From the NCBI GenBank assembly GCA_021613535.1, contig CP075494.1, positions 7,192,001-7,256,000 on the forward strand: DNA of 64,000 nt, read 5' to 3'. A model generated the notes under the pieces. It was not told the DNA's origin. It was given only the letters and a program-made list of their open reading frames with translations, and did no database searches. Shown piece after piece: positions 30,901 through 43,513 of this stretch. This DNA comes from Adineta vaga (taxonomy: Eukaryota > Animalia > Rotifera). Within the stretch, counting starts at the first letter, position 1. Every line of letters starts with the position of its first letter. Both the position numbers and the translations under genes were made by a program.

Positions 30901-33900
30901 GTGATATAACATACTGTCATACGAATGATCAATATTTCATTTCTACAAATGATAGTAATCATTTATATATGTTCAATCGAAATACTTCATCTGTTCATGA
31001 TTTAGGATGTTTATCGAATAATATACCATTAAATCGTATTGCTTATTATGAATGTATGTTATATTGTATTTTTGGTAATCAGAATTTAATTGAATATACG
31101 TTTGATGTGAAGAATTTCAATTTAAAAATTCATCGAACAATTGATTTATTCAATTCAAATGAGATTTTATTCGATTTGACATGTGATGAGAAGAATTTAG
31201 TTGTGGTTTATAGAAATAAAAATGAAGAAATATGTTTAAGAAGTTTCAATCGACAAACATTAGATATTCAATTACAACTATTACTCGATAATAAACAAGA
31301 AAGACAGGGAAATTCTATACGAATTGAACCATCGATTTATAATGAAAAATTTCTTTACTTGAATAATTTACAGAAATGTTTGAAAACAATCGATTTAACC
31401 GACTTTAAAAATGGAAATATAACATCAGTTATAACGAAAGAAACGTTACCAACGAATATTTGTTTGTTAAAAGATAATCGTTTTGTAGTTTTATATGAAA
31501 AACCATATTTTTTGTCAGTTTATAATTATCATGAGTTAAATTAATTCTTTTGTTAAAGAAATAATCAAATCAATTATTGTAGGTTAGCTTATTCTTTTGC
31601 TTTTGTTTTAGTGGGCAATCAATGAACCTGTACCAGCAAGAACATCGATTACATTCGGAGTGATTTTTTCTGATCAATACGATTTATCCGTACTTAAAGG
31701 ACCAGAAAGTGGAACCAAAGAGGTAGGATCTTTGACTCACCATTACATAATTTCATTTGATATTGAGCAGAGAAACATAGAATGTTATATGTGTCTTTCT
31801 GTTGAGATAAGAACAAGTAGAGAGTTTTATATCAGTTTATGAAAGATTGCTTATCCTTTTTGTCTTTATGTGTTTTAATAGGCAGAAGCATTTCGAAAAT
31901 TATGGACGGAACGTTGTGAACTTCGTCGTTTTCCTGACGGTTCAATTCTTGAATCAGTTGTTTGGAATGTTGAAACGACGAAAGATAAACGATTGATATG
32001 GATGGATGCAACTCGTTATCTTCTTGAAATGTAAATCCTTTCTTTTTCTTCACTTACTAAATATACATCTTCTCTCGTTTAGACAAGCGGGTATTTCTCC
32101 AACTCATATCGAGTTTTTCTATAATGATCAACTTCCATCAAGTTTACTTTCGATTCCAGCTCGTCTTCTTCCATCATATGGAACAGGTGATGAACAACAA
32201 ATTTATCTTTGCCGTGAATTAGTCGAATTATCGAAACAAATTCGAACATTAAATAATGAACTTCCTTTGAAAATTAATAATATCATTGGTCTTGATGAAA
32301 CATTTCGTTATACAAATGTTTTTCCACCATTACCATCATCATTTCTAACGGATTTACATAAAATTCGTTCGATTGAATATGATACAAATGCATTAATTCC
32401 TCGTTCAACATCACGTTACGCACCACCATATAGTCAATCATTATTAGTTTTATGTCAACTTGAAATGACCAGTTCAAATGATCGTGATTTCGAAACTTTA
32501 GAACGTATAAAACATTCAAAAATTCTCTATTATATTCAATTGGCAAAATTATTACAAGAAAATTTTCATTTTATCTGTCGAGCAACGACAGATTGTTGTT
32601 ATATTGAAAAAAATCATTATGTTTATCGATTAGTTATTTCATATCATAAAGAAATTTATTTAATGGAAAGTGAAGCTGGAAAAAAAGATGGCTTAGCACG
32701 AACAATTAAACAAACAAATCTATCAAAACAATTAAGATACAATACAGAATATTTACCAAAAATCAATGCAGCGATTTATGGGTGAGTTAGAAAATCTGAT
32801 CAAACATTTTCATTCTAAATATTTTTGCTTATTTAGTGTTAGTCAGCAATTTATTCATTATCAATTAGTATCTCGTTTATTTAAACGATGGCTTTCATCT
32901 CAATTACTTTTGCATCATTTCGATCCAATTAATGCAGATTTAGTTTGTTGTTATATTTTTCTTCATTCAGCTCCATTTCAACCACCGAAGTATTTACGAC
33001 GTTTACTTAATTGAATAGATAAAAATACAGATTTAATCTACTTAGGTCAATATTAACTGGTTTCTGTCGTGTTCTTCGTCTACTTCGTGATTTTGATTGG
33101 ATTAATGAACCATTAATTATTAATTTCAATCATGAATTAACAAGTAATGAAAACAAGATAAATAAAAAAACTTCTATCCTATAGCGATGTTTTTCTTTAG
33201 ACGAACAAGTTTTTCAAATGCAAGCACAATTTAAAACAGAACGATCAGTTTTACCACCTTTATGTTTAATGCCATCAGTTGCATTTCATGAGAGTAATAA
33301 ACCAAATGTTCCAATTTTGAAACGTGTCATACAATTAGCAAAAGAAGCATTGACTTATTTGGAAACAAATCATAGTGAATCGATGAAAGTAGGTTTTTGT
33401 TTCTTTCTAAATGATTCATTCAAATTGACCAGCAAAATCGTGTTTCCTATACAGAAATTTGATTTCTTTAGTTTGTATTTCGACCAAGTCTCAATTCTTA
33501 TGATGTAATTATCATGCTTGATCCACTTCAATGTCCACGTGCTTATCAAGCACTTGATCATGTATCTACAGAAGTAACATACACAACACGAAAGAAACTA
33601 ATTGATACTGATTTAAATCAATCAAAAGATACTAATAAGAATAAATTATTATCCGTTATCGATTATGATCCAGCACAATTGTTTATCAAAGAATTACGAG
33701 TATGTCATCGACATATCGAACGAGTTTTATTTAAAGTAATAATTATTTGATTTATTCTCATTCAGGCTTCTTTTAATGATCAAGCTGAATTTTTTCATGA
33801 TGAATTTGGTGGCCTGATCATTTGTGTACTATGGAAACCATTGAAAACGACAACAAATGGTCATAGTAACGTTGATTATGTTAAAATCATGGATCAATGG

Positions 33901-33960
33901 AAGTTATTAGGAAAAGGAATTATAAAAGAAATCTGTGCTTTTCCTGAACGATGGTGTTAA
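27951..33960 (+). CDS. NOL6: Nucleolar protein 6 (Nrap/Utp22), multi-exon
   Basis: IGSY...VDLLVEIP...KKDYLN..Y..KRAIY, PTPNYNSSIL, KIWLEQR, GPE...AEAFRKLW..RCELRRFPDGSILESVVW, FKRWLSSQLL, FDWINEPLIINFN, FFHDEFGG..ICVLWKP. Confidence 0.93.
29922..31544 (+). CDS. Intronless 540-aa protein nested in NOL6 intron 29845-31611; coiled-coil-like N-terminus, probable beta-rich (propeller-like) C-terminus
   Basis: 1623-nt open frame in very AT-rich DNA; heptad-like QLNQWKKQTIEQIENFIQEKSKEI; short beta-strand patterns (LSDITYC, LFDLTCD, PTNICLL...FVVL). Confidence 0.85.
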   Translation: MENELLLKFQKVSKIYHEQFHTSSIHAHNQEYLMFLDDQLNQWKKQTIEQIENFIQEKSKEIREIYQKYYTEVNKQYLTIREQIQTNNISFDLNDQMDYLQIYSQLNSFEKRLQLNTNLFTTNQLNEKIKLDYAHYRQLTTKTTIYPLKEMIQKKLPVIIDTRLSFTKKPIKHIQPIQQWILKSIPSTPIGSCEYSLENSASLPILIAKNSEMSTAKEKLTEYVIDSLFLPELTQSISSHEDSKTLIRSYKSLLTNEHLSPTNHSTIMFTQCETEYNCLASSTKRNELIIYNSKLNILLIIQYEDNKQHCLQRLYLQWPLHLSTHLSDITYCHTNDQYFISTNDSNHLYMFNRNTSSVHDLGCLSNNIPLNRIAYYECMLYCIFGNQNLIEYTFDVKNFNLKIHRTIDLFNSNEILFDLTCDEKNLVVVYRNKNEEICLRSFNRQTLDIQLQLLLDNKQERQGNSIRIEPSIYNEKFLYLNNLQKCLKTIDLTDFKNGNITSVITKETLPTNICLLKDNRFVVLYEKPYFLSVYNYHELN

Positions 33961-34936
33961 ATCGTTCATTGTTTTGTTACTAGCTAATACAGCTAGATGA
34001 AATAAAAGTTTTTCAATCGAAATATTCGTAGCAGAGTAATTAACTGTCGAACTGATCGATGATAGCTCACTTCGGGAAAAAAAACAAGTACGACATATTT
34101 GTTTTTTTGCCAATTTTCATCAAAACAAACCACTATAATGTCCTTCACATTCCAGCAAAACTTCAACATTAAGAGAAACGAAAAGGTTGTTTTTTTGTGG
34201 TTGATGTATTTTTACACTTAGATGTGTAATGTTTCGAAAGTTTTGTGCATATTTATGCGAAATTTGTTTATAGTCAATGCCTCGTTAAATTGCTATCTCA
34301 TTCTTCAGATAACTGTTATAAATCTGCCTGGAACATACTTTGTTATTTGAACGATTTCATGAAAAATGAGTAACTAGTCTGCTGGAACAATTTGAGAAGT
34401 AGAGTTTCGAATAAGTTTAGTTTTTCAACATAAGTTAATATATTCCCGCTTAGTACAGATGTCACGTGCACAAATACACGTGCAAATGTGATCGTAACCG
34501 AATAAAAAGAACAAAAAAAACAAAACAAACAGAGACAGAGAAATTGTTAACAAATACAACACAGCAACCGGAGGATAAATGAGAGAATGATCAACAAACG
34601 AATTTTCTATAAATATAATGGCTAAACATGATTGCAATAACTATGGACTTTCTTTTTCTATTCTTCAATGATAAATAAATACTTAATATAATCATAGAAA
34701 AAAGCACGCTACAAGTTAACAATTCAATAAACTAGAAATCTCGTAAAGAATAAGACTTAAGGTTTTTTGATTTCAATCTATATGTTCGTTACCAATGGCA
34801 ATTATCAACAAACTAAGAGAGAGAGAGAGGGAGAGGAACTATTTAATAGATAAAGAAGAAAAATCAAATGAGTATATGTAAAAAATTCTCGTTAACATCA
34901 TATGATAGACATTTCTATACTTTAATAAAAGATAAA

Positions 34937-36814
34937 TTATAAATCTTCATGGCCAGCATCTGCTTCTTCATCGGCTTCTTCAGTTTGTTCAGCCGTCTAA
35001 AATAAAGATTAAAGAATGTTCATGAAATTTTGTCAAAAGTATTTTGTAGAATTATACTTCTTCGGGGATTTTGCCTGCTTCTTTTCCATTTGAATCGACA
35101 AATTTTGCAAGTGCTTCAAGTGTACGTTCACCTTGATAATCGATTACTTCATCCGAATCTTTTGGAAATAATCTAAACACAAAACAAAAGTCAGTAAATT
35201 CTTCAAATTCTCATTTCATTTTATAAGAACATACTTGATTGTTGGAAAACTTTGAATTTTGATATCTTCAAGTTCATTTGCAGTTGCATCCATTTTAGCG
35301 ATAACAATATCGGCATTATCTTTATATTTTTCACCTAATTGTTCGTAGATAGGTGTTAATTGTTTACAATGACCACACCTAAAACATAATTTCTCTTCAT
35401 TCCTATCTTATCTATATTAAATAAAAATCATTTTACCATGGTGCGATAAATGTAACCAAAACTGTTTTCTTTTTATCTGAAGCAACTTCATGAAAATTTT
35501 TACCAACTAAAGTTTTCACTGGTGTTTTATCCCAATCGTCAGGAATATCTTGTGTAAGTAAATGTGGTTTAAGTTTACCATCGAAGAAGGCATCAACAAA
35601 TTTTGTTAATACTCCTGATGTAATATCTGATGATTCAGGTTTGAATTTGCTCATTTCATCTTTTAATGTAATTAAACGAACAGCTGGAACATCAGAAGTT
35701 TTAAGACCAAAGAATTCCAAAACACGTTCATTTTCTTCATCATCAGAATCAATGGCAACGAAAAGTGTCTAAAAGGAGAAGGCTTTTTTTGCATTTTCAC
35801 AACAAAATCATCAAACCTACTTTTCCACGATATGATTTCGCAGCTGTTTGAAATTCTTTTCGAAAATTTTCATATTCATTACTTTTCTTACTAGCAAACA
35901 AAAGTACATGAACTTTAATATCACCACCGAAGATTTTTTGTGCAGTCTAGAATATACATATAAATAGAGATTTGAATTTAAACAAGAGAAATTTGATCTT
36001 ACTTCAGCATTAAAATCGACAACAATTGGAAGTTGATTAGCTTGAATAAATTCACGAATTGAACCTTCATCAATTGTTGATGTAAGATCATTACGACCTT
36101 CGTCAAACTAAAATTAAATACAAATAGAAAAAGATAATCGTCTTTGTCTTTCCTTCGACTTACATTTTTCAAGAGAATAATAGCATCTTCTTTGAGTTCG
36201 AGTTCTTTAAGAACATCTTTGTTTGATGTTATACCAAATGGAAGACCATCCATTGTTTTTGCTACTTGAAGAAATGCAGCAGCAGCATCACCATCGGTAT
36301 CTTTGAAAGCACCAATAATAACAACTTCATTGGCTTCTTTCAACTTTTTAAGATCATCGACAGTTTTTAATTCATCAGCTGCTGGTCCTGTTTTCTTCTT
36401 TAACCAATTGACAATATCATCTTGTGAACGTCCACCATTATATTCAAATGTAGTTCCATCACTAAAAAATTTAATTGTTGGATAACCTTTAACATCATAT
36501 TTTTGTGCTAAATCTTGTTCCATGGTTGCATCAACACTGGCTAATTTAATATCACTACCGGCATTAAGTAATTCTTTAGCAGCAGCAGCATAAGCTGGTG
36601 TCAATGATTTGCAATGACCACACCATGGTGCAACAAATTTGACAAGTATATGTTTATTGTTCTTAATAGCGTCATCAAATGTATCTTTTGTTAATGAAAG
36701 AACATGACTGTCATCTACATTTGATGATGCATCCTCACAATGGATACGTTTTGTCGTTTGAGCAAGAATAACAATAACAGCTAAAAGTGCTCCTTGAATA
36801 AAGCCTGGAAACAT
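34937..36814 (-). CDS. P4HB: Protein disulfide-isomerase
   Basis: Signal peptide, two APWCGHC thioredoxin sites (second split by an intron), [16 protein letters not shown]-terminal HEDL*. Confidence 0.95.
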
Positions 36815-38138
36815 CCTTGATTATCAATGAAATGATCTACAATTCAAAAGAAAAAAAATCAAATGATTGACCTTGTGTTCTTATATATGGAAAAATAGTC
36901 GATGAGTGTCTGCGTAGAATAAGAAGAAAAATAAGAGTGATCGATTCCACCAGCCAAAATCATCCACGACGATATGTATACTGCTGGAGAATACCCATCG
37001 TCGACGTGTTCTCTTCGTATGCAATATGTACGGATAGGAAAGGAAGTGTAGGCACAGGCATTAGAAGAGGTTAACGAAAGGAGAAAAGAGAAAAGAAATA
37101 CAACGAAAGCTTACTAAATTTCTATAGAGGCACAAAAGAGTGTGGCAATACCATTATGGTTGATGAAGACATTTTTTGTCTCTGAATTGATGAGAAAACT
37201 ATGCCTTATTCATAGAATTTAAGTGTTAATTTATTAGAATTATTTCTCTATAAATTAATTTAGCAAATAAAAGAACGCAAAAGCTTCTGATTGGTTGATA
37301 TTTTCATGACTCATTGTCATCAGCAGGCATGCCAAACGGACTGACTGTTGACTCTCAAAACAAAATGTTAGTGACATTTAACTAACTAAAAACACAATAA
37401 TTCTTTTTCGCAATCTTTCGTCTATTTGAACTATAAATAATCGATTAGTAATCATTCCTTTCTTTCAATTGGATAATCTACATTAGGTCATAAAAAGGTT
37501 TTTTCTTTTCCTTTATTATCAACTTTTTTCTTCCAATATCAAGGATTCTTATTTCATCATTGAAAAATTTACTTTCGCTGCCGTACATATTAAGTTTTAT
37601 TCTCGAAGATTTTACGATTAAATTTATTGAAGTAAATATTTTCATCTTTCAATTTCATAACACAACTGTCGTCATATATATCAAATGCGTTGTTCTCTTT
37701 CTCACCCCTTTCTTGTATTTCAACCCCCCGTCTTTTTCTTTTCTTTTACATTCCATTTGAACCTAGGTATCATTCTTCATAGGCAAACATCGAGAACGAA
37801 CGTAAATTTTCACTCTCTGAAAAGTAAACGAAAAATCAAACGAGAGAAAGAGAGACTTTGTCATGTAAAAATATGACTCATTCTCCTCGGGTTTTTTTTC
37901 TTTCTTGTTAAAATCAGTTTACAAAGAATGCGTTTTTGATCACTGACTCTCTGCGTGTGCATTGAAATCGAATACATCATAGCGAGGAATGTACTTTTCT
38001 TCTTCTTCTCTCTCTCTCTCTTCTTTATTATCAATGTGCGTAAATAGACAGACATACATAGAGCTTCACATTCATTGATAAGTAACCGAAAAATGATATC
38101 AATCTATTTTGATTGTTCTAGATAGCTTATATCAAACT

Positions 38139-39096
38139 ATGCTTTCGAAACTTTTTCTTCTCATCGGTAAGATTTTTATTAACTAAGAGATCTTCTTTCA
38201 TTGATTGTATTTTTAGCATGTACTATTCTCATTTCATCAATTAATGTGAGATAAATGAATGAATGAAAGAAAAAGTACAAAAGACATTTTGTTTATGTAT
38301 TTCTAGGCAGTAGAACTCCCGGGCAATTATACATTACCTAAAAATTCATCAGATTTATGTTTCATTGCTCGATTTGATCTTGTACTCAATGTTGAATATA
38401 CACAAATCGATGGAGTAAATAATCAAACTTGATTTATACTCTAAATAATCTATTTTTCTTTTTAGAAAAAAAATATCTCAAAAATTCCATTAAATAATGA
38501 AACATTTCAATATTATGATGGACCATGTGGTCTCGCAAATAGTCATACACTCGTCTTAACTATGTTAGATAATCTAACAACCATTGCCTTGGATTTTTCA
38601 CTTGATGAAAAGAATAAAACATCATTAAAACGAGTTCTTACGACGTTACAATAGCTGATAATAAATACTTTCCAAATTGTAGTAGATATGCTCATGGTGT
38701 TCATACATTTGTTGCCAATGAATCCTTATTTATAACTGATCGTAGTAAATCCTATCGATGTAATGCGCAAACCAAAATCGAAAATTTTAAATCAAATGGA
38801 AATGTAACAATCAAATCCATTGATTTACAAAATTTACGTATTCAACCATTTGTTGATAGTAGCATTACATTTCATGATTATTCTACAGGTAAGACCGAGT
38901 AAAGCATGTTAAATGTCAATCTTTTTGTTTTTCGATTTTGTTTCATTTAGAAGACGTTTGTCTATTGGATCGATTTCGAGACAATTATAAAGTTCCAATT
39001 ATTGTTGGTGTATGCTTGGCTGTATTAGTAATTGTTGTACTTGTTGTCTATTTGGTCCTTCGTCGACGAAATCATAATGGATATCAAAGTGTTTAA
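38139..39096 (+). pseudogene. LAMP (lysosome-associated membrane glycoprotein) homologue with a 1-nt frameshift at ~38640; pseudogene or assembly error
   Basis: Signal peptide MLSKLFLLIACTILISSINA, LAMP-domain motifs SYRC and LRIQPF, TM VPIIVGVCLAVLVIVVLVVYLV, tail RRRNHNGYQSV* (GYxxPhi). Exon-4 frame stops at TAG 38652-38654 and homology resumes in another frame. Confidence 0.85.
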
Positions 39097-39528
39097 AATT
39101 TGCCATTAAAAATACGTGACACTTTTTTCATTATTATTTTTTCTTTTCTCATTAAGTTTAGAAATCTGAAGACTATTCAGTCATTTTTCTTTTGTTCTTT
39201 ATGTACAAATTGATTAACTTTTTTTTATTATTATTATTCGAGATCTGTCTATGTTGAAACGATGATATGAACTAATTCTGTACTCTCTTTTCATTTTCTT
39301 TCTTTTGCATTTGTTGAACAATAAAGCGGCTGATTTTCTTTTTCATTTAAGTCTTAAAAGAAATGTTTTTGAAGAATTCTATCGATGAAACGACTTGAAT
39401 GTGAGATAAAATAATTGACATTCATTCCTATGAAATCAATAAATGAAAAAGAAAACGAACAAATGTTGTTTGATTAATGAGAAGATACAGTATGTTACTC
39501 ACATACGAAAGAAATTGTTTTTGTTTTT

Positions 39529-40265
39529 TCATTGTCGTTGATTTTCTAAATAGTTTGCTCGTGCTCGAAAGATTTTCCATTTCATAGTCTCTTCTAAATC
39601 TTTGAAACCATTCGATGCATCAATATTCGATACTTTACATTGCGATAATTTATCCAAAATCGCATTACAAGTGTTTGTTTCATTAGCATAGAAAAATTCT
39701 CGAAACCAAATACATAAAACATCGAGAATTGACGACATCGATAAATATGTACCGTCATCTTGTTTAATTAATTCACTTCCATCACTTGAATATTTATTGA
39801 CAAATTCAAGTTTTGATAAATAAAATAATAGAAATGTTCGACATGCCGATGAAACAAACTCGATCTCAAAACGATATGCTAAAACATGTAATGATCCATT
39901 GATGTATATTTTGAATTTGTTCACAGATTCCTACCGAGAATAAGTAAAATTGTCACATTTTGGTTATTTATTGTACAACGAAATTGTGGATATAAAAATT
40001 GAAGAAGTTCGATCATTTCATTTGCTGATATATCAAGAATTTCAATTGATTCAATCGTTTCATCTTGAAGATAAGATTGGAAAACTTTTGATCCAACTGC
40101 CAGTACACTTTTATCGACATGTAGTTCTTTATCTATGAGAGAGAAAAAAAGTGATTATGTACATTTGTTCATGTCAATATAACCTTGAACAAGTAGTGTT
40201 AAATCACTAAATGGATGTGATTGAAAGAAAAATTCTTCAACGAATTTTTTAGTTGAATTTTTCAT
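39529..40265 (-). CDS. BTB/POZ domain protein, 3 coding exons
   Basis: Spliced: FSDLTLLVQ|DKELHVDKSVLAVGSKVF...IEILDISANEMIELLQFLYP...NVTILLIL|AYRFEIEFVSSACRTFL. Confidence 0.85.
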
Positions 40266-40406
40266 TTCAATTGATTTTTTATGATCACCAGCAGATAAAA
40301 TCTGTGAAGAAATCATTAATAGAAGAACAAAAGAATGAAGAAAGCGCCAATAATCAAGTTATTTTCTTTTCTCGCATGAATTCTCGATTGTTTTCTTCAA
40401 GAATTC

Positions 40407-41262
40407 ATGCTATCGATCATTCAAATCATGAAGCATTTTGTGGTGCTTCTCTCTCATCATCATCATCATCATGGCCAGCAGAGTGTGAATACAAATGCAG
40501 AAGATATACCGCGACTACAATGTGAAAGGAACAAGTGCGAAAATGAAAGACAAAGATTACGAGATAGACTTGAACAATTAATCAAATATAGAAAGGAAAA
40601 ACAAAGAGAAAGTTGGATTGATCGATGGTGTCCATGTTGTTGTCGTCGATCGAATAGAGAACGAAGAGTTGATTATGAATATAAATCTTCATTATATCAA
40701 TCTCCTATCTCATTTCCTTACATTGATCAAACTCAGCATGAATTTCAACCAAGTAATAATCCGCCGTATAAATCATTAGTTTTCAAAAATCTTGAAACGA
40801 AAATCTTGAATTGTCTCAGTAATACTCCCAGGTAATTATTAATCTAATTGAATATCATTTAAATATATGATTTCTTTCAGATCGGAATCCATTTCTGTCC
40901 TATCAAATAAACAATCCAGTTTACATTCTGCTTTTTCACCTGATACGTCAACTAGTCATTCTGGATCGGTATTAAACTCAGGAAAAAGTACAAACACATT
41001 GTTTTAAATCTTTCTGTAACTTAGTTTTGTAGGTCTCTTGAGTGTTAAAAATTATGAAAAATCTCTTTTGTAAGTAATTAGATGTTCTAATATGATCAAA
41101 AACAGAATTTGTTGTTTTAGAACTGTGCCCAACAGTGATCAAACACGAACGAGTAAAACCTCCATAAATATGTTATGATTGATTTTTAAATTGTTTATGT
41201 GTTTAGAAAAGAAAAAGAAATCAAGTTCGAGAAAGCAAAAATCAAAAAATGCAAGAAAATGA
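40407..41262 (+). CDS. Uncharacterised protein (His run, coiled coil, WCPCCC, basic tail), ~5 exons
   Basis: ORF 40407-40831 plus small exons that join in frame to end KKKKSSSRKQKSKNARK*; start at 40407 or 40428. Confidence 0.6.
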
Positions 41263-41383
41263 TTTTCAATTCAGAAAAAGCAATTCTTCATTTTGTAATT
41301 TGTTTTTCTCATTACATTTCCTGCTGAGAGAAAGATTTATTCCTATTTGATTCTTGTATATTGATTAATCATCACGTCAAAAC

Positions 41384-41697
41384 ATGCAAGATACAAACAA
41401 GTAAGTTTTCTTGTCTAATTTGCACAACAATCGAATTAGATGCGAACTGAAGTCAGAAAAATATTTTCCATATGTGAACAATCAATTAGTTATTGAAGAA
41501 TGAGAAGAACATTTCAACTATAAATTACTCAAATGGGTTCGCAGACGATATTTGTATTCTATCTTTTCTCTTTTAGCTTATCTACACGAACAAATAAAGA
41601 TGTCATTTTTGCAATATGTATATTTATTGCAGTATTTTGTATGGGTTTTATTATTGGTTTTACGTATGCTATTTATACTCTATCAAAAAAGGACTAA
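41384..41697 (+). CDS. Putative 45-aa single-pass membrane micropeptide, 2 exons
   Basis: ATG 41384, GTAAGT donor 41401, pyrimidine-rich acceptor 41575-41576; product MQDTNNLSTRTNKDVIFAICIFIAVFCMGFIIGFTYAIYTLSKKD*. Confidence 0.6.
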
Positions 41698-43513
41698 ATG
41701 TATTGATATTAGACATTTCTATAGTTTTGGGTGTATGACTTTTTTTCTTCTTTTGTTTGACATCTGATAAATGGAGAAGATGAATTTTTCATATTTATCA
41801 ATCTTCTTTTCTTCTCGAATAAGTAAAGTTTAAAATAGCATTATCAAGTCAATAAATGAATAATGAACGTTGATATCGAGTAAATTAGTTGATTGAAGTA
41901 AAGAATAAAAATTGAGATCTTACGTTAAACATTTTTTTTATATTCCCAATGGAATCAAGTTAATTATCGATGAGACAAAAAAAAAGGCAAGACTCAAGAT
42001 GATATACAAAAATGTATTCATTCTCATTGAATAGTTCTTAATTAAAAATATCGGGATATTTTTTAAACGAGAACATTTCATTCAAAATGATGTAGAAAAA
42101 AACAAATTAAGATATGAATAATTAAATACATCCAATGATTGCAATCATTAGAGGTTTAATAAAAAATGTATAAGCAAACTATCTAAATATTCTATCACAT
42201 GAGAAAATAATCGCGTTCTTTTCATTCTCTAGATAAGTATATTTCTACTTTTTAGTTGTCTGTTTATGATCGTTCATTAAATTCTTCATTTTTTTTTTGA
42301 GACAATCTATAATTATTTTCTTTTTCTGATTTTAATGAGGTGTTTTTATTTCAAAGGATATGAAACAACCTTGTCTACATTTTAAGTCGCATGTTTAGAT
42401 ATATTATCTCAATCACCTTCAGCCTTGTAAAACACCGTTACAATGTTTATCTACATAGATATATTTAGAAATCAATACAATCAGTAAAATACACATTTTG
42501 ACAAAGGGAGGAAGTATGAAACGACGGTTCTTTGTTAAGCAAAGTAAAAAGAAACCGGATAATGTTTTTAGTAGAGATTTCTTGCTTTTTTCTTCTCGTT
42601 CGGCTTCGTTTTGTTTTTTCTCCATCAGTTGACGAGTCAAGGATAATGATGTGACATACTTATCAAGTGGTTTATTCAACAAGATATTTGTTCACTTGCT
42701 TCTCTATGATTATCGATTTTTTCATTCTTCTTCTTCTTCTTTTTCTTTTCGAGCAAAATGTAAAGAATAACCAAAGGAATTGATAAGTGCTTCTCTTTTA
42801 CTCATCGATTAATAATCAAGAACGTCATCCTGTGAAATTTCCTGGAAAAAGAACGAATCAAGATGATTATACATAATGATCGTGTTCAATTGGCCTCGAT
42901 TAATGCATTTATCATAAATGTAGAAGGAAATCAATGATAATCAAATGATGATTGATTTTCTCATAGAATTCACTCGATCTCTTTATTCAAACGATTTTTC
43001 TCTCTTATAGATTTAGTTATTAATACAACTAACTAATCATGAATCATATTATCATTCAATCGACTTTATCTGTTATGTTGGTCGATTACCTCATATTTAA
43101 AGGTTTGTCTATGTTTTACACGGTTTATTACACACATGCAATGAAGAAGAAGAAAAAAAACGAGAGAACTAATACATCTTGGAAAATACTACAGATTGTA
43201 TGGATAAAAATAAACTAGATAGATAATAGATAACAAGAAAGAATAATGTCGATAGATCCAGACAATCATCGAGAATAGTATTAATTTAAGAGAGGTAGCG
43301 GAAGAAATCTTAGTTGGAAATTTTTTTCTTACTAATCATGAATACAATATAATTCCAGGAAAAAAGAGAGAGAGAGCGAGCGAGAGAAAAGAATAGAGAA
43401 TTGCTCGTTTCTTTTCCGTTTACTACATTCTACTACTCTTTTGTCTGCCATCTAAATTTATTATATTTATTCTAGAGAATATCTCAATTGGATATTGATT
43501 TTCATTGAATACT

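Noticed and set aside
31575-31611. TTGTAG|GTTAGC as a recursive splice site
   Set aside because: The remaining segment would be 29 nt, shorter than the introns seen elsewhere in the window.
36950-37010. ERSE/UPRE-like elements upstream of PDI
   Set aside because: CCAAA-N5-CCACG and CGACGTGT do not match the CCAAT-N9-CCACG or TGACGTGG consensus.
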